A stretch of 64,000 nucleotides of DNA, from positions 40,300,001-40,364,000 of the forward strand of contig NC_088857.1 in NCBI RefSeq assembly GCF_963853765.1, given 5' to 3'. This document shows, piece after piece, positions 36,461-49,250 of the stretch (positions are counted from its first letter, which is position 1; every line of letters begins with the position of its first letter). A program made the translations under genes and the position numbers. Source of the stretch: Magallana gigas. Its lineage: Eukaryota. The notes under the pieces are model-generated. The model had not been told where the DNA came from. It ran no database searches and worked only from the letters and a program-made list of their open reading frames with translations.

Positions 36461-38025
36461 TTTGGATTTCACGTGTTGTCCATAGACTCGCAATGCGTGG
36501 CGGGAAATATTGTAACTCAAGAGGAAGTAACTTTCCTTAAAAAAAAGCTAACATTGAGGAAGAAAGGTAATCTTATCAATCATGAATGGATCAAATTTCA
36601 ATTAGATCGCATAAATTCATTGATGAATTTTAATATAAGTTACATCTTAAAACTATCTTCATTTTTATGATTTTTTTTTTATTACTGAAAGAAAATTTAT
36701 AAAAAGTAATTAACGAACGTGCATTTTTTTTCAAGCATAATTAAAATGTTCGGACCATTCATACAATGGATTCATGAATTGATTGACTGATTTATAAAAT
36801 TAAACATTCAATTGATTATATACATGTCGAAAAGACAAAATTATATGCGTCTTTTCTTTTCGCACAAACTAAGGGACGAAAAGATGACTTCAACAGTCAA
36901 CAGACTAGCGACCTACATGAACTTAAATAGTCCGTCATTTATAAAGTATTTTCGAACTTTGGTCCTCTCGCCTTTTTTTCGACTGTCTAATGTCTTGCGT
37001 GTATTTATCGATATATGAGTTTACCATAAAAATGAAATGGTATTTCATTTTTCCATATCACAAGACATCAGAATAAAAAAGGGAAAATATATTTCACATC
37101 GATCGTTTCCCGCGACTGAATAATTATGCGACGTAAACAGCATGCGGTTGCTTTTCAATCAGATGTATTTATAGGAATTTACCAAAATGATTATATTTGA
37201 TGTAATTTTTCTACTTTGTTAAAAATACTGGCGACGATTGTCAATAGCATGGAAATTGCCATTTTTGCGCAAAAAGATCACATTAAATGCGCTAATTCAG
37301 AGGGATAGATCACTGGCCCCCTTCCTAGCTTTCTTTCTATTTTTGAAATATATGTTTTATCTACTCTGATAAAATTGGAATGATCCCATATCCTTATAGC
37401 TAGTTTATAGGATGCGCACCCTCGGCTTCCGTACGTTCAAATATGCGGACAACTAATAATGACATTGGAAATCGGAACAACCAAAGTTAAATTTTTCAGG
37501 GGAACGCGTATAATGGTATGGTCGTTTATAAATGATTGAAAATGAAAATTTTCTTTCAGACTTCATTTCCAAAACCTATCACGCTAGTTAAAAAGAAGAA
37601 AAAAAACCAGGGTGTTTTAATTCACTTTTAACATTTTTTTTTGGGGGGGGGTTAAATTTTTTAAAAGATCAAAATTTATTACAGGTTTTAATGTTTTATT
37701 TAGCTTTTTTATGCTTAAGCATGTACACAATCAAGCCGCATCAATGCTACAATTTAAGACACATACATGTACGCCCGTTATCTAGGCACAATAACTCTTA
37801 TTAAGATTCTGGAACCATTTCAAAATTGTGAAGATCAGTTTTTATGTTGAGGAAAAATTAGATAATCATCAACGACTCTAATTTACAATAAATGCAAAAA
37901 AGAATTTGGCTGTGTAATAAAATTCGTGGGATAGAATTCAAGTCTTCAGTCCAACGTTTGAATTTTCACAAAAATTTCACCCTTCTTTCTATTTCATTAC
38001 AAACCAGCCAGGCAATGACTCAGTT

Positions 38026-38029
<4 letters not shown>

Positions 38030-38104
<75 letters not shown>
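38030..38104. repeat. (GA)n microsatellite
   Basis: Perfect run. Confidence 0.95.
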
Positions 38105-38110
<6 letters not shown>

Positions 38111-39407
38111 CCAATAGATGACCTCTACCTACATGTACATGTCGTCGATGAAATTAAACTCATTACAATACGGCACGTGTTATGAGTATTTATTGATAAT
38201 AGATTACCAGCTTGTGTAATACGGATAATGAGATCCTGTGTGACGATGAGAGAAGGGAGAAATTCATCGAATTATACACAATGTTTTCTATATATTAGTA
38301 GTTGTGTCCGATGAATGACAAATTAATTTCGCTTTGGCCCTGTAGCGACGTCCTTAACTGTCAACGTATGTCCTTCGGCCGCTCATTTCCTTACTGTTCA
38401 TCAAACGCTTCAGATGGTTTTGCTGCTTTTTTTCTTTCTTGACACCGACGATTTAACTTACAAACTAAATCAATGTTTTGCATTTACAGGAAATTAATCG
38501 TCAAAATAAATCGAATAAATCTATCAATAGGTGGGTGAAGAACAAGTTCAAAGCATTTATGATGCCGTTGGCGAATCGGCATGTGTTAATACTATTGTCA
38601 GTCAAAACAAACGAACGAAACTTCACATACGATGTTTAGGATTTTACAAAGTTTTTAAAAAGTTTGACAAATTAAAATTTCCAAGTATTTCATTTTGAAA
38701 GCAATTATTTCTCAAATACTCGGCGCACTCCTAATGGCCTGTTCCTCTTGACGTACCGTGAATACAATAACACTTTAATCGCCCATGAGACATGGCTTGT
38801 CAATTATTGAACAATCAACATCACCAAGGAAAGCGGATTAGAAGGGCATACGATCTAGAGCTGAAATATAATCACAAAGAACGATATATCATAAATACAT
38901 GTATCATAATGTATTCTTAAAAATCGTTGTGCTTCCTTATTGCACTTCAGACAAGTCTGATTCCGAGACTTAAATCATTTTTTGTGTCAGACAAACTGCA
39001 ACCTTCCTCGTTCCAAGACTGCATATTGACATCAATATTCTTGGGTTTTTTAATGGAAACACCAGACTCTTTCAGAAGAACACTATCACGTTCAAACAAT
39101 ATGCCAAAATTAAAGTGCAAAGTAAGTTTCAGAATGTCCGTAACTAACTTTTTGGAGAAAAAAATGTTTAATTAAAAAAAAATAATAAACCATTTAACCG
39201 TCAGGTTTAATTTAATTCTACACCATGGAGTATGCAACCAAACAAACAATTCTTATCGGTGTACTAAATCCCGGAAATGAATAACAAATACTTTAAATAT
39301 ATCTACTATATGATAATCAATATTCAAAAAATCAATATCAAACGATTCCCAAAGAGAAATTCCAATGGTCGGTCAGTTGTTATACACGTATAATCCGACC
39401 TGGTCAG

Positions 39408-40751
39408 CTACCAGCTGAAGTAGTTATAGACACGGATCAGACCAGTGGCATTCCCCATCCATAGTCGGCCTTCTCTGTCTATTGCTAGAGAATTAGGGTT
39501 CTGCATTCCCTCTTCCTCTTCCACGAGGAATTGTACAAACCCCACGTTCTTATTCAGCAAATGGACACAGTCATTGTTCCAATCGGACACAATGATGTGT
39601 CCGTAATGGTCACATGTTAAATCGAGAGGGTAAAATGGACTGTCCTGATCCAGGTGGGTCGGTCCTGCGTACCTGGATAACTCCAGACCGTTATCATCCA
39701 TCAGGATTATCTGTCGTTTGTTGCTGTTTTCGTAGTCCGAAAAGCAAATGTTCTTGTCCGCAGTCATCGTTATTCTGTGGGCATCGTGTGGAGATATGTT
39801 TAGTTCGGAGACCAATGTTCCATCCATGGAGAACTTGGCAATGACATTACGTCTGTTATCTCCCGTTGTTGGACCGGAACTTCCATTTCTTTCTGCTCCA
39901 CAAATGTAGACGCAGCCATCGTCGGTCAAAGCCATTCCGCGAGAAAAGAATGAAAGCTCGGCAAAAGTGGTGACTTTCAGGCTTTGGTCAACTCGTTTAA
40001 TTGTTTGTCCATTGTAGCTTGACACCAGAAGATCTCCATTTTTTGTTAGAACGATATCATTGACATTGATGTCAAGTTTCACAGAAACCTTTTTTTCTCC
40101 ACTTGTATCGTATAGTTCGATTTCATTGCTGCCCCAGCCACAACAAACCCATGCTTCAGTGTCCGAGATTGGAGCAATAGCATGGACGTTGGCAGGTAGG
40201 CTTTGACCCTCACACCGGAACTCGGCAACCAGAGAGAGTCTAATGTTTGGAACCGTGCTTCGTCGATTCTTTAGTATGGAAGACGGTGGTGTGATGTGGT
40301 ACATTTGTATAGATCCGCACAGGTTCTTCATAAATTCGTCGTTAAGGAGTTGTCCCACGGAAAAATTAACCGAGACATACTGAAACTCCGTCAGTCTGTG
40401 AATTTCAGGAAGGACGCCATCTTTGCCATGGATCGTGTTTCGTTTGTTTTTCTGAGAAGTCTCACAAAGGTTTTCGCAAATGTTTTCCTCGCTGTCCTCA
40501 ACAGTGATTCTGTTTATTATGTTCATTAGGTCCTGCTCATGGGCATCAAGTCGCTTCATTTCTTTGCACATCGTAGTCCCCGTGAATTTCAAAAGTATTT
40601 CACAGGCCAAGTCCACAGCATCATGCAATGCCTTTGCTCGGGCGATGATATCGCCGTTGACAATTTTGACATTTTCACGAAGTCTTGTCTTCTGTTCTAC
40701 AGTTTCTGATAACGTTAGTTCCAAAAGAGGAAGGAACTGTGAATAATTCAT
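39408..40751 (-). CDS. TRIM2/3/71-like coiled-coil + NHL beta-propeller protein (447-aa single ORF; no intact RING or B-box seen)
   Basis: Long uninterrupted ORF with an N-terminal helical segment, then NHL-type repeats (AIAPISDTEAWV, DIVLTKNGDLLVS, RGMALTDDGCVYI, PLDLTCDHYGHIIVSDWNNDCVHLL, PNSLAIDREGRLWMG). The true start may lie in an upstream exon (possible acceptor ttctag near 40768). Confidence 0.8.
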   Translation of the reverse strand: MNYSQFLPLLELTLSETVEQKTRLRENVKIVNGDIIARAKALHDAVDLACEILLKFTGTTMCKEMKRLDAHEQDLMNIINRITVEDSEENICENLCETSQKNKRNTIHGKDGVLPEIHRLTEFQYVSVNFSVGQLLNDEFMKNLCGSIQMYHITPPSSILKNRRSTVPNIRLSLVAEFRCEGQSLPANVHAIAPISDTEAWVCCGWGSNEIELYDTSGEKKVSVKLDINVNDIVLTKNGDLLVSSYNGQTIKRVDQSLKVTTFAELSFFSRGMALTDDGCVYICGAERNGSSGPTTGDNRRNVIAKFSMDGTLVSELNISPHDAHRITMTADKNICFSDYENSNKRQIILMDDNGLELSRYAGPTHLDQDSPFYPLDLTCDHYGHIIVSDWNNDCVHLLNKNVGFVQFLVEEEEGMQNPNSLAIDREGRLWMGNATGLIRVYNYFSW

Positions 40752-42756
40752 CTTCTGCTTCCAACCTAGAACACACTCTGCTTATCAAACATGTCACAAA
40801 TTGCAAACAAACAAATTGCTTTCTTGATCACCATCTTACAAATTTCCCATGCATATATTGTATATCAGCTCCTATTGATTTTTGTAAGCTTGCCTCCTCC
40901 TGTTTTTTCAGCCAATGTCCTACAAAGAAATGAACAAAAAATTCCAATTTCATGGCGTATATATTTACTATTTTTAGATCTTCCTAACGATCCTGGCAAC
41001 AATTAGAATTATTTAGAAAGAAAACAAGGATAAATTGAAATGGTATCCGAGTGTCAAAGTGATTCAGGGTTCTCGTGCGAAAAAAGTTTTTATCTACAAT
41101 AGCCAACAATATTCTTTCCATCAAAATTTACATGATATACGAGCAGAAATCATTACCATTTTCTTCGTAATGTCATGAATAAATACGACATACTCCAGCT
41201 GGCACCGAACACACATTAAATTTGCAGCAATGCACCTACACCATTATGATGGGAATGCACCATCTGTCAGTGGTCAGGTACTATATAGTACTTTTATCAC
41301 ACCACATTCACAGTATAAATTCACTTACCGACCACATGTTGCAGTAATGGGAGGCAGTTATGATCAGTGGTCGATCATGATAAATTTGTTTTGCACCTGA
41401 TCTAACCCTAGCTGGATACTGTTTATATACGAATGCAGTATGCACAAACCTGCCTGGCTACGTATGCAAGCGTGAACCTAAAAATATAAACAATGGGAAA
41501 TAAAGCTCATGGTACATATTTTCTCCATACCTCTCTTCACTTTTAATCCTCGTGATAAGGTATCACCTGCATGAAGTTAATGCATAGGCAACACCTTGCC
41601 CCCTTGCAAATCAGGTATGAAAGGTGGGATATAAATCTACAAAACGGTTTTTTTCTGGCCTTCGTTCACCTCTGCTGTATCATCTTGTAGCAAGCCATGG
41701 AAATGTATATAAACACTTCGTGGTTTCCTGTCTCGGCGAAGAAGTTGTCAATGCAGCAAGCGTAATCAACGTCAACAAGGGGCCAAATGTTCACAGCATT
41801 AAGACACGGTCGTTCGCTCAGATAAAATACTCCCAACCTGCCTCCTTGCGATGCGGCTTGTCCTGTAGAATGTTAATCTGAAAGCAATATTGACGGCTAG
41901 ATTACGATTACTTGGAAGGTGGTAAGCAATTAAACTCGATCTAGTAATCAAATAGCTCTATAAATGCTCCATTGTCCAGAAGATTTCAGTGGTGATTTGC
42001 GGGTAATACATAACTCTGTATTCGATATCGATATCGATATTGCACTATTTCACATTAAATTGAACTGACATGTATCGAACTGTACATGGGCACATCAATA
42101 AGCTAACCATAGAGTCGACCTCAATTCTGATTATGACAAGCTTTTTCGACAAATTCTGTGCTTTGATTTGTTATATTGCAGAACAAATGTCTGTGAAATA
42201 TTACGCTTTCAAGAATGCATGCCGTTTTTTTAATGCGGGTAAAACTGTAATGGTTTATGCGACAGGCATGCTTTGTTTCTTGTCATAACATGTCATCTTA
42301 TCATAATTCTTTGAATGATAAAATGACATTTGTTATGAAAAGTAATTTTACCAGTTATAGTTAGTACATAATCGGCGTGTATAGATGGATGCCCTCTTAA
42401 CACAACATTAAACATCCTATCGCCCTGTATAAGTAGTGTATAATATATGCTTCGCAACCCCCGGCAGAATAATCATAATTATGTGCATTTTAGTAAACAC
42501 CTTATACATGTATATAGTGTCAATCATCAGAATAACAGAGGACAACGCTTTCTCAACAATCACTGAACAATGCAGCACTTGGTATCGGTCTATATACATA
42601 AATTATATACTTACTCAGATGGGCGTAAAAACTAACACAGTATAACTGGACGGTCAACTTCTCATCCCTGCAATGAATCAGACCGGAACATTGACAACAC
42701 TTTTGACCGATCGTTTTGATGTCTGGTATCGAGTTCAGTCAAGTCTGACTGCTTAA

Positions 42757-43073
42757 GGTGGTATGGGACACCTGTCAATATTAATGTGAATAAAAGTACA
42801 TTTTAAACAAAATTTCATCGGTTCATAGTTTTCAAAGTTTACAATACTTGACCAAAAATAGATTTAAAATAATTTGGAACGGTAAAAATTATAAAAGCCC
42901 CTGCGGGAATCGAACTCGTGACTTACATCGTATAGTTTACGCCCAAACCCATTGCGCCACACTGTCAGCTAATTATGATGAAAAAAAAAAGATTTATAAA
43001 ATTATATTTGATTTTATTGTTTATTTCGATTGGAGGTACGTCACGTCACAATATGGAAGTGTCCCATACCATC
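42757..43073. mobile_element. Kolobok-like MITE (TTAA TSD) containing a tRNA-like segment
   Basis: TTAA|GGTGGTATGGGACAC ... GTGTCCCATACCATC|TTAA (14/15 TIR match). Confidence 0.85.
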
Positions 43074-43806
43074 TTAATATACATTTATTTGGTAGTGCAA
43101 TTACAAAGAAAGGTTTTATGGCAATTTGCAAGAGTTCATGTGCAAAGATCACTATATTAGACATGCAAATGTTAAAACAAGTCTCTTTGTGTCACTCGCT
43201 TCTTTTTTTTTCTTGAATAATTCAATTCATGCACTATATATATGTATTTAGTTTAAGGTAGTACAAAACAGATCATCCAAAAGTTTACTATAACTCAATT
43301 TTTCTGAAAATTGAATAGTTTGTTCTTTAGAAAGGTAACCTGTTAATATTTAAGGTTTGATAGAATATGCTCACAATATATGTCCACATCACCTCCAATC
43401 TGCCATTCAAATGTCATATTGTACGTAAATTTTGAATTTTCAGGGTGGGTGTAAATTCAAAATTTACAACATGACACCAAACTCCTATCAGTGGAGTGAA
43501 AAACAAAATAGTCATTGTTTGAATTTGCTTTTCCAATTAGTATCTTTTGAAGATATTTCAAATGTGTGCTGTTAGCTACACATGACACCTTTCTGTTACT
43601 CAAAGACGCAGAACTGGTAACTGAAAGTAAATTTTATTGCAATCAATTGTAAGAAAAGAGCTTTTGAATGATCTTTTTAAACCAATATTAGCTACACTCA
43701 AAGGTGTCAATAGATACAGGAAATGTACGATTCAAATTTCAATAAAATTTAAAATTAAACTGTATGATTTTAATGACCCCATCGTTAAGCTATTTCAAAA
43801 TGGTGT

Positions 43807-44389
43807 AAAGAACTATATATGATAAGAGTTAAATTTGGCCCCCTTAATTCGCCATTTTTTAAGTGTTTCGGGTACAATGAAATGTTAACTAATTTTTTAG
43901 AAGAGTTGATATAACATATATTTTTCATCTATTTGTTTGATCTATTTGCACTCACTGGCAGTATCTGACGTCAGAAGTGACGCCATTTCTATAATTCAAT
44001 CAAAATCAGCCAAAAATTGACATTTTTCTCATCTATTTACGAATGGGAAATATAGAGCGCATGCTTGAACAAGGAAAATTTTTTTGTCACTTATTAGTCT
44101 TGGCTAGATACATCTCTGATTAAAATATTTTATTTGTTCAAGAGTGCGCTCTATGTTTTCGGAAGGAAAAACTGCTTGAAAACAAGCTGTTTTACGCTAA
44201 AAATGCAAAAATGGCGGGAAAAGGTTGTCTTTACAATGTCATTGTTCTAAATTGTGGGCACTTGAACCAAAATGAATATTATGTAAACACATCACATACA
44301 TATCTGTACTAAGAAAACAAAGAATGATAGTAAAATAATGATGGTCATTTTAGGGGGCCATTTTAGGCCCTTATCATATATAGTCCTTT
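43807..44389. mobile_element. Non-autonomous TIR element within the copy-A-specific block
   Basis: TIRs AAAGAACTATATATGATAAG / CTTATCATATATAGTCCTTT (19/20), with subterminal GGCCCC / GGGGCC. TSD not recognised. Confidence 0.7.
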
Positions 44390-47300
44390 GACCAAGAGGA
44401 CTTCATCATATTTGACCTTTTGATACGACCTTGAAATGATGTGCATAAAGCTATCACACTTGTGGTGAATGCCTCTGCATATCAGGTTTTTACTATAAAA
44501 GACACAAAAGTTACACATTTTTGAATGATAAAAGGCTTACATGTAATTGCACAAAGATGATATAAGTATCATTCAAATGTAGGTTTCGAAATTATCAAAG
44601 TACACTGTACCTCGTTTTTTTCTGCTTCGACTATTTTTTTAAAATTTTTCTTTTACTGGCTATGTACAGAAAATTGTTGGGTTGATGCTTCGCCTTGCAT
44701 TTTGTGGATTTGAACAACCTGGTTTTATTGGTCACTGCCTCACGTGGCTTTGAGATTTTGGTCATCGATCAATATCTGTAAATTGAAAAGAACCTAGCTT
44801 GAAAATACAAGAGTCCTTAAACTACTTGATAAGTCAACACTATCCCTAGATTCCTAGCTTTTCTATATAAGAATATTGTTGACATATATTCATTCAGGAA
44901 GATAACCCATGCTGTGTTTTAAAGAAAAGAGAAACATGTATATACATACATTTATCGTCGAAAATATCTGACACGATTTTAACGATTCTGATATTTTACT
45001 GCCTGGCAAGTTAAATATTAAAATCGTGAAAACACCAAGAAAAAGTTAGACAGGTATTTAGCTGTAGTTTAATTTATGTATCAATCAACATGTTTCTAAA
45101 ATATTATTCATACGAACTTAAACATGGTTGTATTCAAAAGTCTGAACGCACAGATGTAATATTATTGCAATAAATAGGTCTTCATATGGACTGTTAGTTA
45201 TTTTTTTGCTTAATACAAGGCAATCTTCAAGCATAACTTTTATCTTACCATGTCATTTGATATCCATCTGATACTTTCTATGTGTTATTTCTCAGGGCGA
45301 TAACTCTAAATAGATAGAGAATATTCAACAACAAAATTGACGTTACCTCCCTTGGCATGTCGTACAATGGTTAATATTGATCATAATTGTCTTTTTTCTT
45401 TAAATATCACCTATTTCTAAAATCATTTGATTCCAAGTACTAGGGTTAGTCTACACATTTTTGCAATAAGTTGTCCTTGCTCTTGGTTAAAGACATACTA
45501 TCAAATAAATAATCTGCATAACACTTTTCACAATTTTTATATTTTTTATGTTAATATGTAGAACAATTTTAACAAGGCTTTGGACTTTCAGTAAGGCGTA
45601 TCTATCTATATCTTGCGTCATAACAAGTTAAAAATGACGCTGGTTTCAAGAAAAATATTGCATAGTCTGATCTCAAAAGCCAGACAAATCTAGTTGATTT
45701 TAAAAGCCATGGCATAGTGGCCTATAATGAAATAGATAGGCTTATGTCACAATGCTGTTTGACACAACTACCTAATGCCCTAACTTTTGTTAAAAAATGT
45801 ATCTATTGTCATACGGATAAAATATGAACTCAAAATAAAGATGTAATATAAAAAGTACTTTATCGAAATCCATAACCAACCGTGCGCTAGCTTCTTGGAC
45901 TTTATGAAAAAAGAGCTTGTGCGATTAATGTACATGTGTGTGTGTATTATGGCGAATTATTTAGTCTATTTTGTTTTTCGATTGAGTATTTGTAAAAGAC
46001 GATTCGTTTATAAAGAAAAACTTTTGGAAACCCCAGCCCAAATGTACTTCTACAAAAAATTATGTAATCTGAAAGTAAGTCAAATAAAAGTATTTTGAAT
46101 ATATCAACATTTATATTTTTTAACGTCTTCGCTTTGGTCTGTAATAAAACTACTCATGATTTTTTTAAGTGGTTCAGGATCATAATTAGCACACTTCCTA
46201 AAATGGGCGTGTTCAACAAAGCATGGAATTGCGTTCGTCTCATGGTAAGTCTGCATTTCATGAAAAGTTGATATGTGATAAATGACATATACACTAGTGA
46301 TGCGCAAGGGGAGGGGGTTACCCGATTGCATGATGAAATTCATGTAAAAATGTCAATGATATCGACCGTTTTAAGTGTTTTTACAATCGATCATGGAAAT
46401 TCTGAAATATCGATAGTACCGTCACTCGTTAAAATCGCGTTTTCTTGAAATAAAGGGTAAATTATAAATATATATATCATAAAATTATAATGCTTTGCAG
46501 AAAATGATTCAAAGGCATTAAATCCAATTCTATTCAATATACCACCCTTCATTTTTTTAATACATTATTATTATTTTAACAGCCGAATCATAGATCACTT
46601 TATAGGCTAATGATAATGGTTGTCCATTTTTCTGCTATCGAAGTTGAGAAAGAAAATAAAAATATAGATTTTTAATATGATACAACCGTCAATATTTCTT
46701 TTTGAATCAAGAACTGATAAAACCTGCCGCAATATATTAGAGTTACATGTAACAAGCGTTACCAAAACTTCCCCACGGAATGGAACTAATCTAAAACGAT
46801 ATTATATGAATGAATTTTCATCTCAATATGTGACGTTTATGTTTATGTCGTAGGCATTTACGTAAATAACCCATTTGTACTATACTAGTATGACATTCAT
46901 ATTGTTCAATGCCCCTGTATCCATCCGATTTTTCTTTTCACTGCCATATGACTGTAAGTGATCATTGCATATTTTTCCTGTTACTTTCCACCAACGAAAG
47001 CATCCTGGTGTTTAGATTTAAATAATAAGATTTTCGATGTCATTGAATTGTCGATTTCTACCTATGTGCAGTTGTTATCATCTTTGCTCTTTAATGTGTA
47101 AAAAGTTTCTGAAAAAGATAAAAAAAATTCCTGACCTTGTTTTTCCTTTTAAGATTTCTTTCTACGCATTTGCGTCACATCGTAGATCTACAATTGAAGT
47201 GTTTATTAGATATGCAATATCTATTTCGTATACAAATTGGACAACGGTATTTTTGGTGTTTTTTCGTTTTGACAATTTGAAAAATCTGCTAATTATAAAC

Positions 47301-47612
47301 ATACGCATGTATGAGTAATCAACCAATACCTCTCCTTAACCTTACGCCATCTATTTAGCTAGTTTCTAGATAGCCGACTATGTTCAAATAGGAAGGTAGA
47401 TGACACTCATACTTGTATTTAATTATTGTCATTCCTCGTGACCATAGTGTGTTAAGTTTTGATCAGGAGAGAGTTCTTCCATAAATTTCAATTTCCATAA
47501 AAGGTTTATATTAGACTTATCTTCTATTCGGGGGACGGGAGGGTTGAGGGAAAGCTCACTTAGAATTGATGGAATCTTTGATCTGCCATCAAAGCAAGCT
47601 TTAAGCTTAACG

Positions 47613-47615
<3 letters not shown>

Positions 47616-47686
<71 letters not shown>
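47616..47686. repeat. (TA)n microsatellite (paralogous to the shorter run at ~53153-53172)
   Basis: Perfect run at the equivalent position in both duplication copies. Confidence 0.95.
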
Positions 47687-47693
<7 letters not shown>

Positions 47694-47818
47694 CAAATTA
47701 GTCAGTTATTGCCTAAAGTTAGGCGAAAACAGGGTCTCCCCCACAGTTAAATTGCCAATCAGTGTTCTGGAGAATTTGATTAATTGGTATTCATCATAAT
47801 TCATCATAAATATATTAA

Positions 47819-48310
47819 AGGGGCATGGTCATGATTTTGGTCAAAAATTATTTTTTCGATTTTAATGTTTACAATGCTTCAGTAAGGCATTTTTAATAAG
47901 CAACCAAAATTTGAGTGTCCTTTAATTAGTTATAAGCGAGTTACAGAGCTTGAAATTCTTCGCTATGTAAACAAAGCGTTTGTTTACATTTTGAATGTAG
48001 AAGTGAAAATTCCAGTTTTAGACCTAAAATGAATGTGTTAATCGTTAGGAACTGTTTATTTTTGCTGAAAATGAATAATAAGATAGACAAACCAGCTTTA
48101 AAAAGATTTTTAATGGTATATTGAAACTATGTAAACAAAAACAGGGCACGTGCCTTGTTTATATGACGAAGAATTGTAAGCCCTGTATCTTGCTTAAAAC
48201 TCAACGACTGGCATCCACATTTCATTTGATCATTAGAAATGCATTTCTAAAGCATTGCAAATAATAAAAACAGAAACAATAAATATGACGAAAATCGTGA
48301 CCATGCCCCT
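47819..48310. mobile_element. Kolobok-like non-autonomous DNA transposon (TTAA TSD), inverted copy of 17212-17693
   Basis: TTAA|AGGGGCATGGTCATGATTTTGG ... AAAATCGTGACCATGCCCCT|TTAA. The paralogous empty site has a single TTAA at ~53553 (aaatatattaagggtttt). Confidence 0.92.
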
Positions 48311-48624
48311 TTAAGGGTTTTTTTTATAACGAGTTCATTGTACAGCATTGAAATAATAACATGAATTTGAAATGTCGTCTTCCATTTTTTTTAAAATAAT
48401 TAATTTACTTTCCAATGAGTGGAATAGCACGTAATTGGGTCAAACAAGCACGTGACAATGACGTATCTTTCACTCTTTTAAAAGGTAAAGATAATACAAT
48501 TTGTACGTCTGTCTTAAAAATTTTCGTCGTCGAAAAGTATGTCAGTGACATTTGTAATATAAGATGAATTATCACCTTGATATTAGATGAAATCTTAATA
48601 ATAAAGACTATTCATTTTTAGATA

Positions 48625-49167
48625 TTTAACCGGGTTTTCCAACGGAAAAATCCAGTTATTAAAATGTTGAAAATGGCGGGCGGGTGGGCGGGCGGCTGCC
48701 AAAAGGGTACCCTCATTGTACGGATAACTCCTCCTACAGTTTTCAAGATAGGAAGTTGTTCTTTTGCAGATCAAATGTACATATATCAGAGGTGTGCATA
48801 TTGCTAGGATTTTGATTTCTGATTATTTATCGAAAAAATACCAGCTTTTGAACTTAGTCATTTTTTGGCAAAATATTGCATATAGGGTACCCTTATTGTA
48901 CGGTTAACTCCTCCTACACTTTTCAAGATAAGAAGTTGTTCTTTTGCAGATCAATTGTACTTATATCAGAGGTGTGCATATTGCTAGGATTTTGATTTCT
49001 GATAATTTATGAAAAAAATACCAGCTTTTGAACTTAGTCACTTTTTGGCAAAATATTGCATAAAGGGGTACACCATTTCACTGGATATGGGTTGACATGG
49101 ATTATGGATAAAGTTCACATAAAAGAAAACCCGGTTTTCTGTCACATTGACAGCTTTTCACTTGTTT
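48625..49167 (-). mobile_element. Helentron-like non-autonomous element (family 2) with two ~178-bp core repeats
   Basis: On the - strand it starts AAACAAGTGAAAAGCTGTCAATGTGAC. Two near-identical units run ~48705-48883 and ~48884-49070, with a GGCG microsatellite near the 3' end. Homologous to 32546-32905. Confidence 0.8.
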
Positions 49168-49250
49168 GGAAAAATAAATCCTTATTTTCTTTTCAGTGTT
49201 CTTATTATTGATGCATGCATTACGAAAAACTCACAAAAACCCGACGGGGT

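Larger units (their letters stand above)
43078..48623 (+). repeat. Copy A of a tandem segmental duplication (~2.8-kb shared core plus copy-specific insertions)
   Basis: Collinear with 49791-53881 from 'tacatttatt(t)tggtagtgcaattacaaag' to 'aaagactat.catttttagat'. A-specific blocks are ~43391-45186, ~47330-47610 and 47819-48310. Confidence 0.9.

Noticed and set aside
39614-41006. Several plus-strand ORFs over the NHL gene
   Set aside because: Antisense shadows of the real minus-strand ORF, with no motifs of their own.
41180-41880. Possible upstream coding exons of the TRIM/NHL gene (strong donor gtcg|gtaagt near 41349)
   Set aside because: No frame gave a RING or B-box, or a convincing open exon. 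They could be UTR exons, but this cannot be supported from sequence alone.
42894-42962. Functional tRNA gene
   Set aside because: The T-stem and acceptor stem do not pair properly and the sequence lies inside a MITE. Kept only as a tRNA-like finding.
43391-45186. Copy-A-specific 1.8-kb block as a single transposon with a 3-bp CAT TSD
   Set aside because: No terminal inverted repeats at its ends. A deletion in copy B through CAT microhomology explains it equally well.
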